This document shows positions 31,273 through 44,396 of a stretch of 64,000 nucleotides of DNA, in pieces. The translations under genes and the position numbers were made by a program. This DNA is from Fimicolochytrium jonesii (lineage: Eukaryota). How positions within the stretch are numbered: the stretch's first letter is position 1; every line of letters begins with the position of its first letter. The notes beneath the pieces were generated by a model. The model worked only from the letters and a program-made list of their open reading frames with translations, ran no database searches and was not told the origin of the DNA. Location: NCBI RefSeq assembly GCF_025526975.1, contig NW_026515673.1:62001-126000 (forward strand), written 5' to 3'.

Positions 31273-33871
31273 TTATTCTAACAGCACAACCTGCCAAATA
31301 CCAACGCGCCACACATCGCCCTTCCAGTTGCCCAACTGTTTATCTAAATCATCGAAATGTATATGTGGTAGGCCCTGTGTGTACCATAGTGGACAAAGTG
31401 TTCTGTTGCTTGGTTTCAAGGCATCCGCAACTGCTGGATGTATGTACGTTGGCGCAACCAGCAGCAATCTTCAGTTGAAGACAAATGAAAAAGGCGTCAG
31501 TAAAGTATTGAAGGACGAAAACTCTCTGTTCCTTTCATGCAGATACACACCGTTCATTAACGCCATTGGGCGATTTGGCAAAGAGTGCGCCATCCCTTGT
31601 GCGGAGATCGCCACCTGCCGTGGCTTTCGGACAGCCCACTGGGAGGGCAAAGTTATCAGTTTGAGCAATGACTTTACTCACAGGTCCTCCCGCAAGTTGA
31701 ATCACACGCGTGTTTCTGGCGCTTATGGCTATGTCAAGAAATCGTCAGTCAGGTGAATTCTTTGAAGTAAAGGAAACGTTAGAAGCACTCACAATCTGCT
31801 TGGAGCGCTAACAAGTGCCACGGTGGCGAGAACAGTTTATAAAACGCGATTGTGGTCTCATAGTTCTCCAACGTTGCTGTGGTAGCATTGTTTGGGGCAC
31901 AGGCAATGCCTCGCGTCGTTGACGAGTCCACGCAGTGACCCGCCACCTCAATCTCATGCTGACTCAGGTGTATCAAGGATGGAACGACGCCGCTTTGGTG
32001 CATTCCACCAAAGAACGCGCCTTCGACGAGGTTGATGATGATCCATACGGCCTGGAACAATATGGATATTGCGTTGAGTTCGAGTTTATGAGGACGCCTA
32101 GACGTATGTAAAACTTCAGGCCTCACCCAAAACCACTTAGCAAGTCCCGCTCGCAAGTTGGCCACATGCGGTGCTGCCAATAGGACGACAGGCACGAGGA
32201 AGGGTACGACAAATCGCGGCTCTTGATGAGGCGCGGCAGACAGGAAAGCCAGCCCGGACGCCACGCTGCCAAAGGAAGCTGACAAGCGTGAGTCATGAAA
32301 GCTCCCCAGCCCTGACATCGGGCTTGAGCAAACGGGCTTACCTAACATCCAAAGCTTTGACCTCTCCGTTTTCCGCAAAGCCATAGGTATGCAGGCGACT
32401 AGGGGCCCGTATAACATAGGCATGTTCACCGCCGCATGCAACCATCGTGGATGTATTCCGTGCACAGTTAGATTCTCCTTGTCCAAATTGTAAAGGAGTA
32501 GATTGACAATGGTGAATGTGGGCTGGCCCTACGTTATGTAACGCGATCGAGACTGTGAGCTTTTGCGGCTCTTGGCCAACATTTCCGTGCGCGTGAAACA
32601 TTGGTTTCCTGCACCTACCCTTATACGCAAATCCAACACCTCAGAGAGCTGCATGGAAAACAAATCTCGTAACGACAACGGGATTTCCCGCAGGATCAGC
32701 GACATCGTCCCGTAGTATAGCGAATCAGCCAAAATGACGATATTGCCTACGGCCGCGAACCCGGCCGCGATCGCCAGAATGTTGTTGACAACGGTCATCC
32801 AGGGTTTCTGATGGTGAATCAAGCGCGCTAGATGCGCCAGACAGAAGGGGCCAAGAACAGCTGGTGCCTCGACCCTAGTGGATAGCCCCAACGCAACGAG
32901 AGCGCCGATGAACGCTGAGCGTGGAAGTGATCCTGGGTTCTTCTGTGATAAGCCAGAGACACGTACTCAGCATTCTCCCCTCCATGGCCCTTCTATACTG
33001 TTTGTACCCTTGCGAGCGACGAATCCGCCAGACTCACATTGGCAAAGACTAGCATGTAGATGACGGCGACAATGATGCCGAGCCACGAATTTGAAAAGGG
33101 TCGCATCATGTAAACAAACGTGACATGTGAGATTGATAGTAGCATCAGGGCCGTGCGGTGTGGGACGTTTTGAACACGGCAAACTTTAAACACTGCGTAA
33201 TCTGAAACCCAATGCGCCGCAATTCAACAGAATGAGTTTGCTCTGCGTCGAATGTTTCTCCAAGAGCTTCGGTAGGAGCATACAAGTAGAACGCACCAAG
33301 AAGCAACGACACCAAGAAGCTCGTAAGGCGAGGTGCATAAAATGCCCATAAGCCGATATCCCTCCGTCCCATGCCGATAAGCCGTGACACGTATTTCAAG
33401 ACGTTGAACGGGATGCCGACGGACAGAAATCTGCACAGAGCCATAGCACTAGTTAAGCTTACCGACCTATCGTAACGCAAGTTGCAGCCCTATCGCATAG
33501 TCAGCCCTGAATGAAAACTTACGGCCCCAGCACACTCCGGGCCGGCCCGGGAGGAGTAAGTCGCCACTCCCACGGTGGGTCAGTGACAAATTTGAACACC
33601 GAGCCTATGAGCCACCGGGGGAAGGGCAACTGAGCTCAAGGGACATCGCGGGATGAACAAGACAGAGTAGTGCAGTGGCAGGCACCAAAAGAGAGTCGAG
33701 ACATTCACACGTACCAGCCATTATCTCGGTGCTCTGAAAGTGCTCATCGGGGTGGATGTACCCTGTGCACAAGAGTGCCCATGCCAGGCGCCATACCAAT
33801 GAGAAGCTGTAAGCAATGGCGAAAGAGCCCGATGCAGGGCCTGACCCCGAGGCGCTCGTTGTTGGCTGCAT
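31273..33871 (-). CDS. SMP3: GPI mannosyltransferase 4 (Smp3/PIG-Z, GT22 family), multi-exon
   Basis: GYIHPDEHFQSTE, HGIHPRWLHAAVN, SAAPHQEPRF, GGMHQSGVVPSL, FYKLFSPPWHLL and C-terminal PHIHFDDLD; many hydrophobic segments. Confidence 0.88.
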
Positions 33872-34170
33872 CTTTCAGCCAATCTGCTCGAGGAAGACAG
33901 CAAACCAAGTGCACTGCAGCGAGATGGAGCTGCTGCTGGCAGCTTCTTTTTGAGAAGGGTGGCCGAATGGGCGGCTCACTTCTGAGTTGCATGCAAGTGT
34001 TCCATATCATCACCGTGAACGCGTGACAGCAGGATCGGAGTCTCGGACGTCGATATTCACAGCCCGCAAATGTACATGCAGTACGTCCGAGATTGTGCGT
34101 CGGACATACAATACTAATATTTGATCTTCAGCGAGGCCGCACCTGCTTGTAAAGAGCCTATCACATAATC

Positions 34171-37100
34171 ATGCTGCCATCCCCTTTCTATACTCCGCCG
34201 TCGCCGATTCGGCAGTACGGCGGTGACAGAGCGAAATCCGCGGCTCCAACAAGGCCGCTATCTAGCCGAACACCACGACCACATCGGATTCTTTCCGCAC
34301 CGGGATCAAGGCCAGAGGCAGTGCGACCTCGCACAGCCCGCTCTGTGAATGTTGTGTTCAGCCGCTCAGACTCCGCTCGGACAGATCGGACGAGGAGGGA
34401 CAGTGTGTTCAGTCCGTGGACGTCTCGGGCTGCTAGTGCTCGGCAGAAATGGGATAGCGCTGCGTTGGAGGATTTCTCACATCTGGAGCTGGAGGAGGAT
34501 GAGCAGATTGCTTGGAGTAGACTTCAAGAGAGGGATTCGGCTCTCGCTCAGGTTGGGTTCCGAATTGGTCCATACCCGATGTTCGATTCCATGGTTTTGA
34601 TATCGAAAGCACTCTCTGCAGGAGAAGGACGCTCAGGTTCAGGATGTCCTCATGCCTCGCATGCTCCCAAGAGCAGCAGAGCAACAAGCAACATCGGAGA
34701 ATGAGGTGAAATTCGAAAGCAAGCGACCTGGTACATGGAGGTTGAGTCCCTCAGAGGAGAACCGTGCACGACCAAAATCAGCGAAAGCCGTAAGTAGATC
34801 CCCTCAACCGCTCCCGGTTTGATAGCTTTCTGAACGTCTCCTAGGTAGCGAAGCAGTTAAGACAGCATCCTGTCACCAACCAGCAATCAGATGCAGCTCC
34901 GAGAAGGCTTACGACCTCCGGTACCCCGATAACGCCGAAGCCTGTGTCTGTAGCGCCATTTCACACTACCCACATCCCCTCTCTGCGAAGGAGCATACAA
35001 CCCAAACTCGATGTAAACGTGGATGTGATTAATCAAGAAGGGCTGTTTCCACTGATGGATCGCGGGAGGATACCGCACACGGCAGACGTCAGTCGGTGCT
35101 TGCTGGATGGACTGGTAACCAGCTTGAGGGCGTCTCAACCGTCGGCAAAGGAGAGCGACGTACCGAAGAGTACGCATGTTGAGCTGGAAGCTAGAAAGGT
35201 AACGCTTGGTCATCATTTATCTGTCAAGTCGAAGAGAAATTTCTAATCCGTCTGGCCTTACGCATAGCCGCCTCTCATCACTATCGATGTGCCAGTAGCT
35301 GCTCTAGCCTCTCCAACCCCGTGTCCATCTACGCCAACGAATTCGAAGGTGCAAAGCTTAGGTGAATTTTGCTCATCCAGTCACATATATCGAACTCTTG
35401 CTCAAATATCAACCCCCCTCATGCAGGCAACTTGAAAGAAACGGCGGTCACAACGGAGGCCCCGGAGAACGTTGACAAAACCGAATTTCTCATCTACGAC
35501 GGTGTCACCGTCGAGACCTCGCCGACCTACCAGTGGTTTGCGGATAGCACAGAGGCGCCTATGCTAGCAAAGGGATTGATTCTAGATCGCATGGAGACGT
35601 TCTGTAGGAAATATGGAAGTCTGTAGCTTTTCTCGTTATATCCGGCGGCAGTTCAGGGACTGATGCGCTACTCTCCACTTTCCTGCTTAGTCGGTTCAGC
35701 GGAAGTCAGCTGCCGAGCCGTCTTCCGCCTGTTAGAACGGCCGCTCGTGTTGCCGATCACTCGGGACGATTTGTTAGGCTGTCTGGCGAACGGCCAGAAG
35801 GTGCGCCCGTACATTATCCTGGCTTAGACTACTGTCGTGCTCATCGACCGTCTGATAGATCCGCAAAGCTCTGCGACTCCCGGAGCATCGCTTCCACGAT
35901 CCAGACGCCGCACCTACTTTGATCCAATCCTGGTGGCGTATGATGAAACTCAGGTACGATCGGAATGCTTAAGCGATATCCAGCTGTGAACTGATGAGTC
36001 TTGCGACCCAGGAAGACATGCGTATACCTATCGTATCCGCCGCGTGCGAGCTGCCAAAGTCTTGTGGGGGTACTGGCGGCTTAGAAGAGCAGGGTGGGAG
36101 ATGCGACGGCGAATCAACGTAAGGTCGCATCGGGTCTCACACCGCAGACTTGCATTCTCATCCTCGAGTCGCATTGATGTGGCTCATGGCCAATAGGAAA
36201 AACGCATCACCCATCTCGAGGTATGCACGAAGTTGACGCTGAAGCTCAAGCGCGAGTGGAACCGAAACTATAAGAACAGTAAAAGGTATGCGGATGGCTA
36301 CTACTCTCTTGTATCTAGCCTCCCATTCACGGCTGACAAGGTCCGATGTCTACCAGGATCATGATTCATTTACCGCCGAGAATTGCGAGCGAGGCGGAAT
36401 ATCGGTTTCCGGATCTAGGAAGGTCTGCACAAGGACTGAGAGCTTTGTAGGCATCGGACATGCGTGTGATCCTGATGCGTGCCACTCTTCAGACTCATGG
36501 ACTTGAAGGACTCTGAGACGACACTTGTTCTGATCACACCGGTTCCGTATGCTAGTGTCAAGGACCAAGTACAGCACTACATGCGTAAGCGAGCGCTGGT
36601 GATGATGTTCAGATCAACTCAACCCAAAGCACTAACTGTTTGCCCCAAATGGTTGTCCTCCCGGTTTCAGAAATGTCCTTCAGCGCAACAAACTCCGTCC
36701 GCCTCCACAACCTATACCCCGAAGCGCTCCCGATATTCAAAGGGCCTAGTTCACCTGCATCCTGGGTTCTCGCGTCGCCGTCGGTGATGCGGATTCTAAG
36801 GGAGCTGACGAGCAATCGGGAATGTGTGCTGATACCTGATGCGGTCGGCAGCGCAGAGATACAGCTCAGTGCGGTGAGTCTCTCCGTCTGATGCGAGGGG
36901 AAGAATCGGATATCCTTCTCGGGAAGTCTTATGAGACCAAGCTTTGTACGACGATCTAGGAACTTAAAATACCATTGATGACACTTCCATCGAGCGCATC
37001 AGCAACATGCACAGCTTCCAAATTGAGGAAATTCTTGGAGGTGGCCGGTGCTCCCACTCTTCCTGGAATCGGTATGCGACACATCCAGTCTTGCTCCGCC

Positions 37101-39380
37101 TGCTCCTCTGCTCACGTAAGCGTTTGATGGCAGCTCTACAAGATGCCTCGCGTGACAGATGGGTGTCTACGTTGCAAGATCTGGTAAAAGAGCATCCGGA
37201 GATCCGATTATGGCGGCTCGACGTTGATATACCCCGACACAAGCTTGTTCCGGCGCGGCCGGATCACCCGGAGCGCACGCCGGTGCCTATGCCCACCGTT
37301 ATGTATATAGGTTCGTGCGGCTGTCACTTCGCCTTTCCTTCCCCACATTGTTCACTTCAATCTCGATCATACGGGAACAGAGTCAAAAGACAACATCCAA
37401 TCAGTTCTGCAAGATGTGCTTACTAGCCCTACAGGCGACTCGGGCGCGATCCAGGCCGCTGGAGCCGACATAGACGTCGGCTGGGGACTGCGCGCTCAAC
37501 AACGACATTCAGTGTGTGTACTAGTTGAACCTGATGGAGATGTGTCTGTCCTGGGCAGCTGCGACCATGTAAGCTGCTGGGACCATTTTTTTGGACTGGG
37601 AGGCAGAGGGTTGACTCAGACGTTGATTTATCTGAAGTATACCAGCTCAAGACCCCGCAACGGTGCTCAGAGTACCATAGCCTCGCCATCAGGGCTTTAC
37701 CGCCCCCCAGCAAAGGCGACAGTATTCCCCACGCAGATCCCGCAAGCCTCAACGTTACTCCGGCAAGCGGCCGTAATAGCCAAATGCGCATACACGAAAC
37801 TCCAGCTTTTCGGGTACTACCTCATCGAATTCGGGACCATGTTTCAAGGCTCGGTATGTTAACGAATACATGGACATACCATTGAAATTCATCACTTACT
37901 CGGCTTATTTGACATCAGGAAACGCTTTACGCGACAGCTATCAAGACAGGCTACACACCTCAGCACGCCGGCATTCAGTTCTTCACACTCTGCACACGCT
38001 GTAAATACAATGCGGCTAGCAACAACTTCGAGTACATCGCCGTGAAGTTTGAGAATCCGGGTTTGACGTATGCTGAGCAGATTGCTTGGGCGGATAAGGT
38101 AAACCTGATAACTGAGCGTTGCGAAAGTTGCAGTGAAGTATGATGCTGAACCAGCTGTCATTACTATCATCAGAAAATCATCAAGCAAAGCACAAAAGAA
38201 CAAACATCTCACACGAGGACGTGCGTGTACATCCCCCAAATACGACATTCGATGCTCCCAGAACGATCATGGGCTGGAGTGGCCGCTGTTGCGAGCCTCG
38301 ACTACGATTTCCGGGTACGTTATACTCGGCCTGTATGGGAAGCCGTGTTTTGATCCTCACCACGAGTCTCGACTCATTAGACCCGGCATGGAAGCCTATT
38401 CTCACGCGTCGCGCGGCCAGGCGATCCAACGTCTTTTGCTGAAGCGATGTAAGTCACGTACAAAACATTCGTGATGAGCTCGCCTCCTGACCCCACATTG
38501 TTTGGCATTCAACAGGTTTATCGACGAAACAGTGTCCTCCGCTCTCATGATCGCTCTGAGCGGTATACATGCCGTCGACTCTGCGCTATCGTCTGCGCAC
38601 ATGGGTGCGGATGGAAAATGGAGACGGATTGGGGACTCCACTCATTTTGAGGTGAGATAGACATGTTGCGGCGCGAACGATGAGAATGAGGGTGACAGTA
38701 ATATGATACTGAGTCTCCTGCTGAATCGCCTTTTGTAGGAAACGGCATGTGTTCTGGCCCGTCTCCTGAGCGAAAGGGAGAGTATCCCTCTATCAACCAT
38801 GAGGAAGACTGATGACACAAGCACGCTAGAAGTACCCTCCGCGCCTCCATCATCAGCGCCAGCACCGGCACCAAGCGAATTCCCGGACGTCATGACCCTC
38901 ATCACCTCTCTCTCAATCCCACTCTCCCGCTCCGGCGCCCTCGACGTCATACCCGCTGATTTCACCACCCCACGCCGGTCCAAGAACGCCCCAAAACCCA
39001 CCTCAACCCTCGACTACGCCCTTCTCTACTCCGCGATCCCTTCCTCCCGTCTCTCCTACAACAACCCAACCTGGAATGACTTTTCCGAGCCCGTCGCGAT
39101 CCTCCCGACCCTCGAGTTCAGACTCCCACGTATTCCGCTCGGTCTCACCACCGAGCAGTATCTGAAGTTTGTGGAGTTGTGGGTGGGCGATGCCATTGAG
39201 ACGGAGGAGGATGAGAAGTTGAGAGAGGGGATTAGGATGTTGAGGGCGGGGTTAGAGGGGTATGATGAGATGGGGAATGCGGTTGGCGAGGCGAGTGCAA
39301 GGGCGGCGGTGCGAGAGGAGCAGCGGCTGAAGAGGCTGGCTGCGAAGGCAAAGAAAGCGAAAAAGATGCGCGAGATGTGA
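34171..39380 (+). CDS. Large multi-exon IQ-motif protein, IQCH-like (flagellar/ciliary-associated)
   Basis: IQ-like motifs (AAPTLIQSWWRMMKLR; AAKVLWGYWRLRR) followed by an IQCH-like region (RLFRLMD, SPASWVLASPSVMRILRELT, VLIPDAVGSAEIQLS, VCVLVEPDGDVSVLGSCDH, VFPTQIP). The exon structure is approximate and the family call is by recognition only. Confidence 0.6.
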
Positions 39381-39740
39381 TGCTGGACTGACGCTCTGTA
39401 CTCGCGGCTGCGCTTGCTAAGCTGAGGTGTAGATAGCGATTCAATGTACAATGCTCTTGCGGCGAACGTGATTTCGTTCTCTGTTCCCCTTAGCTGTAAT
39501 ATATATATGATCTCATTGTTCCTACTACCGCACAAAAGAGGAACAACGGCATCGTCAACTACACGCACTCTCACTCTTTGCCACGCGTTTGGCGACAACA
39601 CGCGCAACGTAAGCACACTGGGATGACTCACGCGCCTATTTGGCCTGAAGGTTACGATTAGGTGAGGTTTTCGACAGAACGGCCCGCAAGTAAGAGCCAG
39701 AGGTTTGACATCTCGCACTCCATCTAGGCCCCAGGCCGCC

Positions 39741-40113
39741 ATGGCAGCCGTACTACAGAAGTCCCCGAGTCGGATGCTCGAGGTCCTCGAACAGATCCTC
39801 GAATACCTTCCTCCCAACGAACGTTTCAAATCGCCGTCTCTCTCCGAGTCCTCCATGTTCGCAATCGCACGCTCCCCTTGCTAGGCTGGCCAGCCTCTAT
39901 GGACCGCGCTTCGGAGAAGGGCTGGGTCGACCTCTTGGACATCTGGCTTGATGAACTGCATCTCAAATGTTCGTACATGAACCGCGCAATGGACTAAGCC
40001 CCAATCCCGGAGTCTTGCAGTGGTGGCTCGAGAGCGGGCTAGAGCTGAACTACACCACGCGCGCCATGGACTATGCGAAAGACACGCAACTCCTCGGAGG
40101 AGGAGCTCGCTAG
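39741..40113 (+). pseudogene. Decayed F-box-like/ankyrin-repeat gene fragment
   Basis: EVLEQILEYLP, then after a frameshift SMDRASEKGWVDLLDIW...AMD*, then after a second frameshift GVLQWWLESGLELNYTTRAMDYA, a divergent ankyrin repeat. Confidence 0.65.
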
Positions 40114-41418
40114 AAAAAACTTCAGTGAGGAGATGAAGGGGGAATTCGACTTAGACGCGATGGGCATTTACTCTTGTCAGTAAAGAGCTTGGCGTGGGTT
40201 CGGTAGTAGGAAGCGCTGTATTACGTATCTTTCTTCATAATCTGTTGCGTAGTTGGTAAATCTTTAGAGATGGTGGCGCTAGATGCCGTTCATGCCTCCC
40301 GCGGTAACGACAACGATGATCACTGGAGCGGTCAGGAAACCGGAGAAGGAACTCGTGGTCCGGCCCGAAAAAGGTCGCCATCGACTCAAGCAAGCGCGTC
40401 TCACAAAAGCACTGCCAATTTCCCACCCCGCATTGAGCACACTCCACGAGCCCATCTAGCGTTATCCGCCGCCGTCAGCTTCAAGAGCACCGTTCTTGCC
40501 AATTCTCTCGCCTTCTCTCCTCTTCAGGATTTCTGTTTTAGCTCCGGAGTCCAAGGAAACAACATAAAAGATACATACATTCATACCCGACCATAATCGA
40601 TTGTCACAGGCAAGTTCGCACGCCGACACGTGCCCAAGTACCTCCTCTATATCTGATGATGGGACAAAGTTGATGAGAGGTTCGGATCCCATCTCTCGCT
40701 TGTTCGACGCGTCATGCACGCGTTCACGAGTCTTCTGCAACCAAACTCCGCATGCAAATTCCATGAAGTTGTTGAGCGTGCTTCACCGACCTACGCACAT
40801 GTCCCATTCCAACACATAAGTGCAACACATCCATGTGGCTACGCCGTCTTTTTGATTCTCATCTCGGCCACGTCACCAACCATGGTAGCCGATGAAATGG
40901 CCAAGTTCGCGTCGGAAAACACGAACGTAAGCACGCGCGTCTCACGTAAGCAGACTCCCACACTGTCCAATGGCCATACCCCAGGTCACACCCCGACCGA
41001 GTTTTCTCCCTTACCATATCCTCCCCTACCTACCTGACGATGGGATGGCAAGTCCTTCAGCTCGTTCTTCATTTCCCCTCGTTAGTGAGGGGATCGGCCT
41101 ATGGAGCCATGGGTATGGAACCGCCGACGACGTTGGCATCTCTCTTAGCAGGATACCTTTGTACTTCGGCTCCTGTAGCGTGGCCCGTTGGTTTCCCGCT
41201 GTTGGCGGCCAGTGGTTGTGCGCATTGTGCAGTGACGGCACCTCACCAGAACCTTGCGGACACAACTCCGTCTCCACCGCGCTTATTCGTCCATTCCGTT
41301 GCTCATGTTTACTGGCATCTATAGCTCTACCAATATGACAATTTGCCAGTGATAATATTGCAACAGAAGAGTGCAAAACGGAAAATTCAGGAATACATAA
41401 AATCATCTAAAAAAAACG

Positions 41419-42656
41419 TCACACACCATCCTCCGCCCCATGCGTCTGCTTCGGCGTCCCCTTCACCAAATTGGTTTTACTCTGGCCCCCCACAGCAGAC
41501 GACCTAACCGTATCCATCCGCTGGACACTAACGTTGTTCTTTGCCCCGCTGGATGTGAAGGCGAACGCGCGTGCTCCTTTAAAGAGATCTGATTGCAGGA
41601 CGGTGGAGACGGTTTCGAAGAGGTTTTCGACGAAGAGCATTCCTGTCATGTTTAGGGTTGCCATTGGGTTGAAGTAGTTTGAATCTATTGATGGAGAGTA
41701 AGGGGTCAACAAAAGCACGTTTTCCAGGGATGCATGGTAGACTCACGTTGCAGCGGAAACATGATAACCAGCTCCGTTGTCGCAAAAAAAATAACCGCCG
41801 CCCCCATCGCATCATTCATCACCCTCATCGTCTTCAGCCTCGAGAAGCCGCCACTAACATTGTTCAGGGATTCCTTAGGCAAATTCCACGAAAACGCCAG
41901 CGTCCCGCACACGATGTACAGGCCGATGGGGATGAACGGCAGGCCGCAGAAGAGGTTGGAGAAGCGCGTGGGCGAGCTGGTGGAGTTGTGAACTTCGGAA
42001 TAGCCTTCGTAGAAGAATCCGATGCCGAAGAGGAAGAGGACGGCGGCGCCTATTTGGCGGACTCGCTTGCGCTTTTCTTCGTTGATGATGACTTGGGAGC
42101 CGCGGAGGAGGCCTGAGTATGCCGTCAGGATCTAGGGTGGTGGATGCATTTCATCAGTATCCGACTCACAGTTGAGATAGGCAGGGAGTTCTCCAAAAAC
42201 CGTAAAACCTACAAGCATTCCCATGAACGATCCGACAGCGACATAGTCAGCGGTCTTATCCCCAAATCCCCCCATCCTAATGGCAGCGATCTGCGAAGCC
42301 ACCCATATCGCATGGCAGACCTCAGCCACGAACACCGTGGCACTTCGCACATTCACGATCCGCCGCAAGCGAAGGCCAGCCAAGAGCAGACCGAGGATGA
42401 CAAACGGGATAGTGACGCCGATGATGAGGATGGGTCCCGAGGCTTCCGATATCGCCGCGCTGGCTATGATCGGCGTCGCTTGGAAGAGTAACTGCACTTG
42501 AGTGTAGTTGGAAACAGCGGCCCCGAACTCTGTAAACCCCAGCTGTACCAGTGCGCCCGCTGCTGCCGGGTCGGCCGCCTGCCCGGTTGCCATGAACCCG
42601 GTCCCGCATGCTTGTTGTAAAGCGAGGGAAGGTGAAGGTGTGTCTGAAGATGCCAT
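41419..42656 (-). CDS. Orphan multi-pass (about 7 TM) membrane protein, three exons
   Basis: The spliced translation gives seven hydrophobic segments with a basic KKKRKRVR loop and a polar C-terminal tail. No family motif was recognised. Confidence 0.65.
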
Positions 42657-43181
42657 GGTTAAGGGATATAGAGTGTTCGAAATTGTGATGATTTGCGGCG
42701 TTACCGCTGTAGCCTAGTAGGCTTTTATAAAGGTTCTTTATGGTCAAGTTTTGCCCATGGATGGACCGATGCAGCTACAGCATCTATGCCGGAGCTTTTT
42801 CCGGAACATTGGGTTTAGGCTCTGGTAAAGTTAACAAACGCCAGACAAACAATACGGAGGTTGGCAGGGATTTCGCCTTGAAGCGAGCCGCGGTTAGTGT
42901 TCATGGCACAATGCGTTTTTGCCGTGGAATGACACGCTGTCAAAGTCGGCAACAAACACCGAGGCCGATGACGTGTTGGAGACTCAACAGAAATAAAAAC
43001 GAGCGTCAGGACACGTGCACTGTGATATTATTTCGATCCCGCTGACGCTGCGGCAACGGGTGCGGCTCGACTTTCCAACCTTCCAACGTCCGTCCGGCTT
43101 TTGACATTTGCCAGAGCATCCCCATCACAGGACAGGACAACGAAGAGCAAAGCCTTTATAGGCCAACATCGATCAGTAACA

Positions 43182-43916
43182 ATGGCACGGCAACTTCACC
43201 GAGTCCTCATCCTCGGCGCAGTCTTCCTCACCCTCCTCGTCTTCTACAACTTCGGCCCCTCCTCCTCCTCCTCCTCGGACTCCTCCGACACCGCCACCTC
43301 CAAAGCCTCCAAACTCCGCGACTCCATAGTCCACAAAGCCAAACAAGACCTGCCCGGCTACTCCCCCCAGAAACGCTCCGACTCCACCCCCGACCAACCC
43401 GTCGACATCCACGCCTTCACCCATCGCGTCTGGTTCGAGGTCACCCAAGGCGGCCAATCCCTCGGGCGGATCACCATCGGCCTGTACGGCAACGCGGTCC
43501 CGATCACCGTCGAGAACTTCCGCGCGCTCTCGACGGGCGAAAGAGGGTTCGGGTACAAAGCGTCCAAATTCCACCGGGTCATCAAGGACTTTATGATCCA
43601 GGGCGGCGATTTCACCCGCGGCGACGGGAGGGGCGGACGCAGCATCTACGGCCCGAAATTCGATGACGAGAATTTCTTGTTGAAGCATGAGGGCCCGGGG
43701 TATCTGAGTATGGCGAATTCGGGGCGGAATACGAATGGGAGCCAGTTTTTTATTACGACGGCTAGGACGGAGTGGTTGGATGGCCGCCATGTGGTGTTCG
43801 GCAAGGTGGTGGATGGGATGGATGTCGTGAAGAGAATCGAGGCCGTGGAGACGGGGAGGATGGATAAGCCGCATTTGGATATTATTATTTCCGATTGTGG
43901 GGAGTTGAAGCTTTGA
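43182..43916 (+). CDS. Cyclophilin B-type peptidyl-prolyl isomerase with an N-terminal signal anchor
   Basis: [53 protein letters not shown] and [12 protein letters not shown]; hydrophobic N-terminus. Confidence 0.95.
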   Translation: MARQLHRVLILGAVFLTLLVFYNFGPSSSSSSDSSDTATSKASKLRDSIVHKAKQDLPGYSPQKRSDSTPDQPVDIHAFTHRVWFEVTQGGQSLGRITIGLYGNAVPITVENFRALSTGERGFGYKASKFHRVIKDFMIQGGDFTRGDGRGGRSIYGPKFDDENFLLKHEGPGYLSMANSGRNTNGSQFFITTARTEWLDGRHVVFGKVVDGMDVVKRIEAVETGRMDKPHLDIIISDCGELKL

Positions 43917-44396
43917 AGGGGGATACATCAATCTGAGTCTACCCAATGCCTAATGTGGACGGGCTCCCTGATTGCAATGAGCGACACGGCGTCGCAGGGA
44001 GTGCGGTCGGGCCATAGTTCGCTAAGTTGGTAGGTCGATAGAGGGCTCCCACGGTCAGATAGGAGTACGGCAGGGATTGGGGGCGTTGCATCATTCGCAG
44101 CTTGGCTGCGTCCTAGGGGTACCAGCGGCGTAGTTATCGTATTTTATTGTCCAGCCTGGTTTCCTGAGCAAAATATACTGGGTACATCAGGGAATGCGGT
44201 GTACCCTTCTGTCAACTTCACGCGCTTTAAGTATGTAAGCAGTGGCCATAACGATCGACCTGCGTTCCTCCCCACATGAACATGCGCTTCAGGAGGCCGA
44301 ATTCAGAATTCAGAAATCTAAAATACATGCTCTCTCCGCCCAAGACATGCCTCCATCTCCCCCCATTCCACCGCAGTCCCCTCCTCTCCCGTCCCC

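Noticed and set aside
43173..43946. Long antisense ORFs over cyclophilin, the mucin, LDH and the ABC gene
   Set aside because: Shadow ORFs caused by the codon bias of the sense genes.
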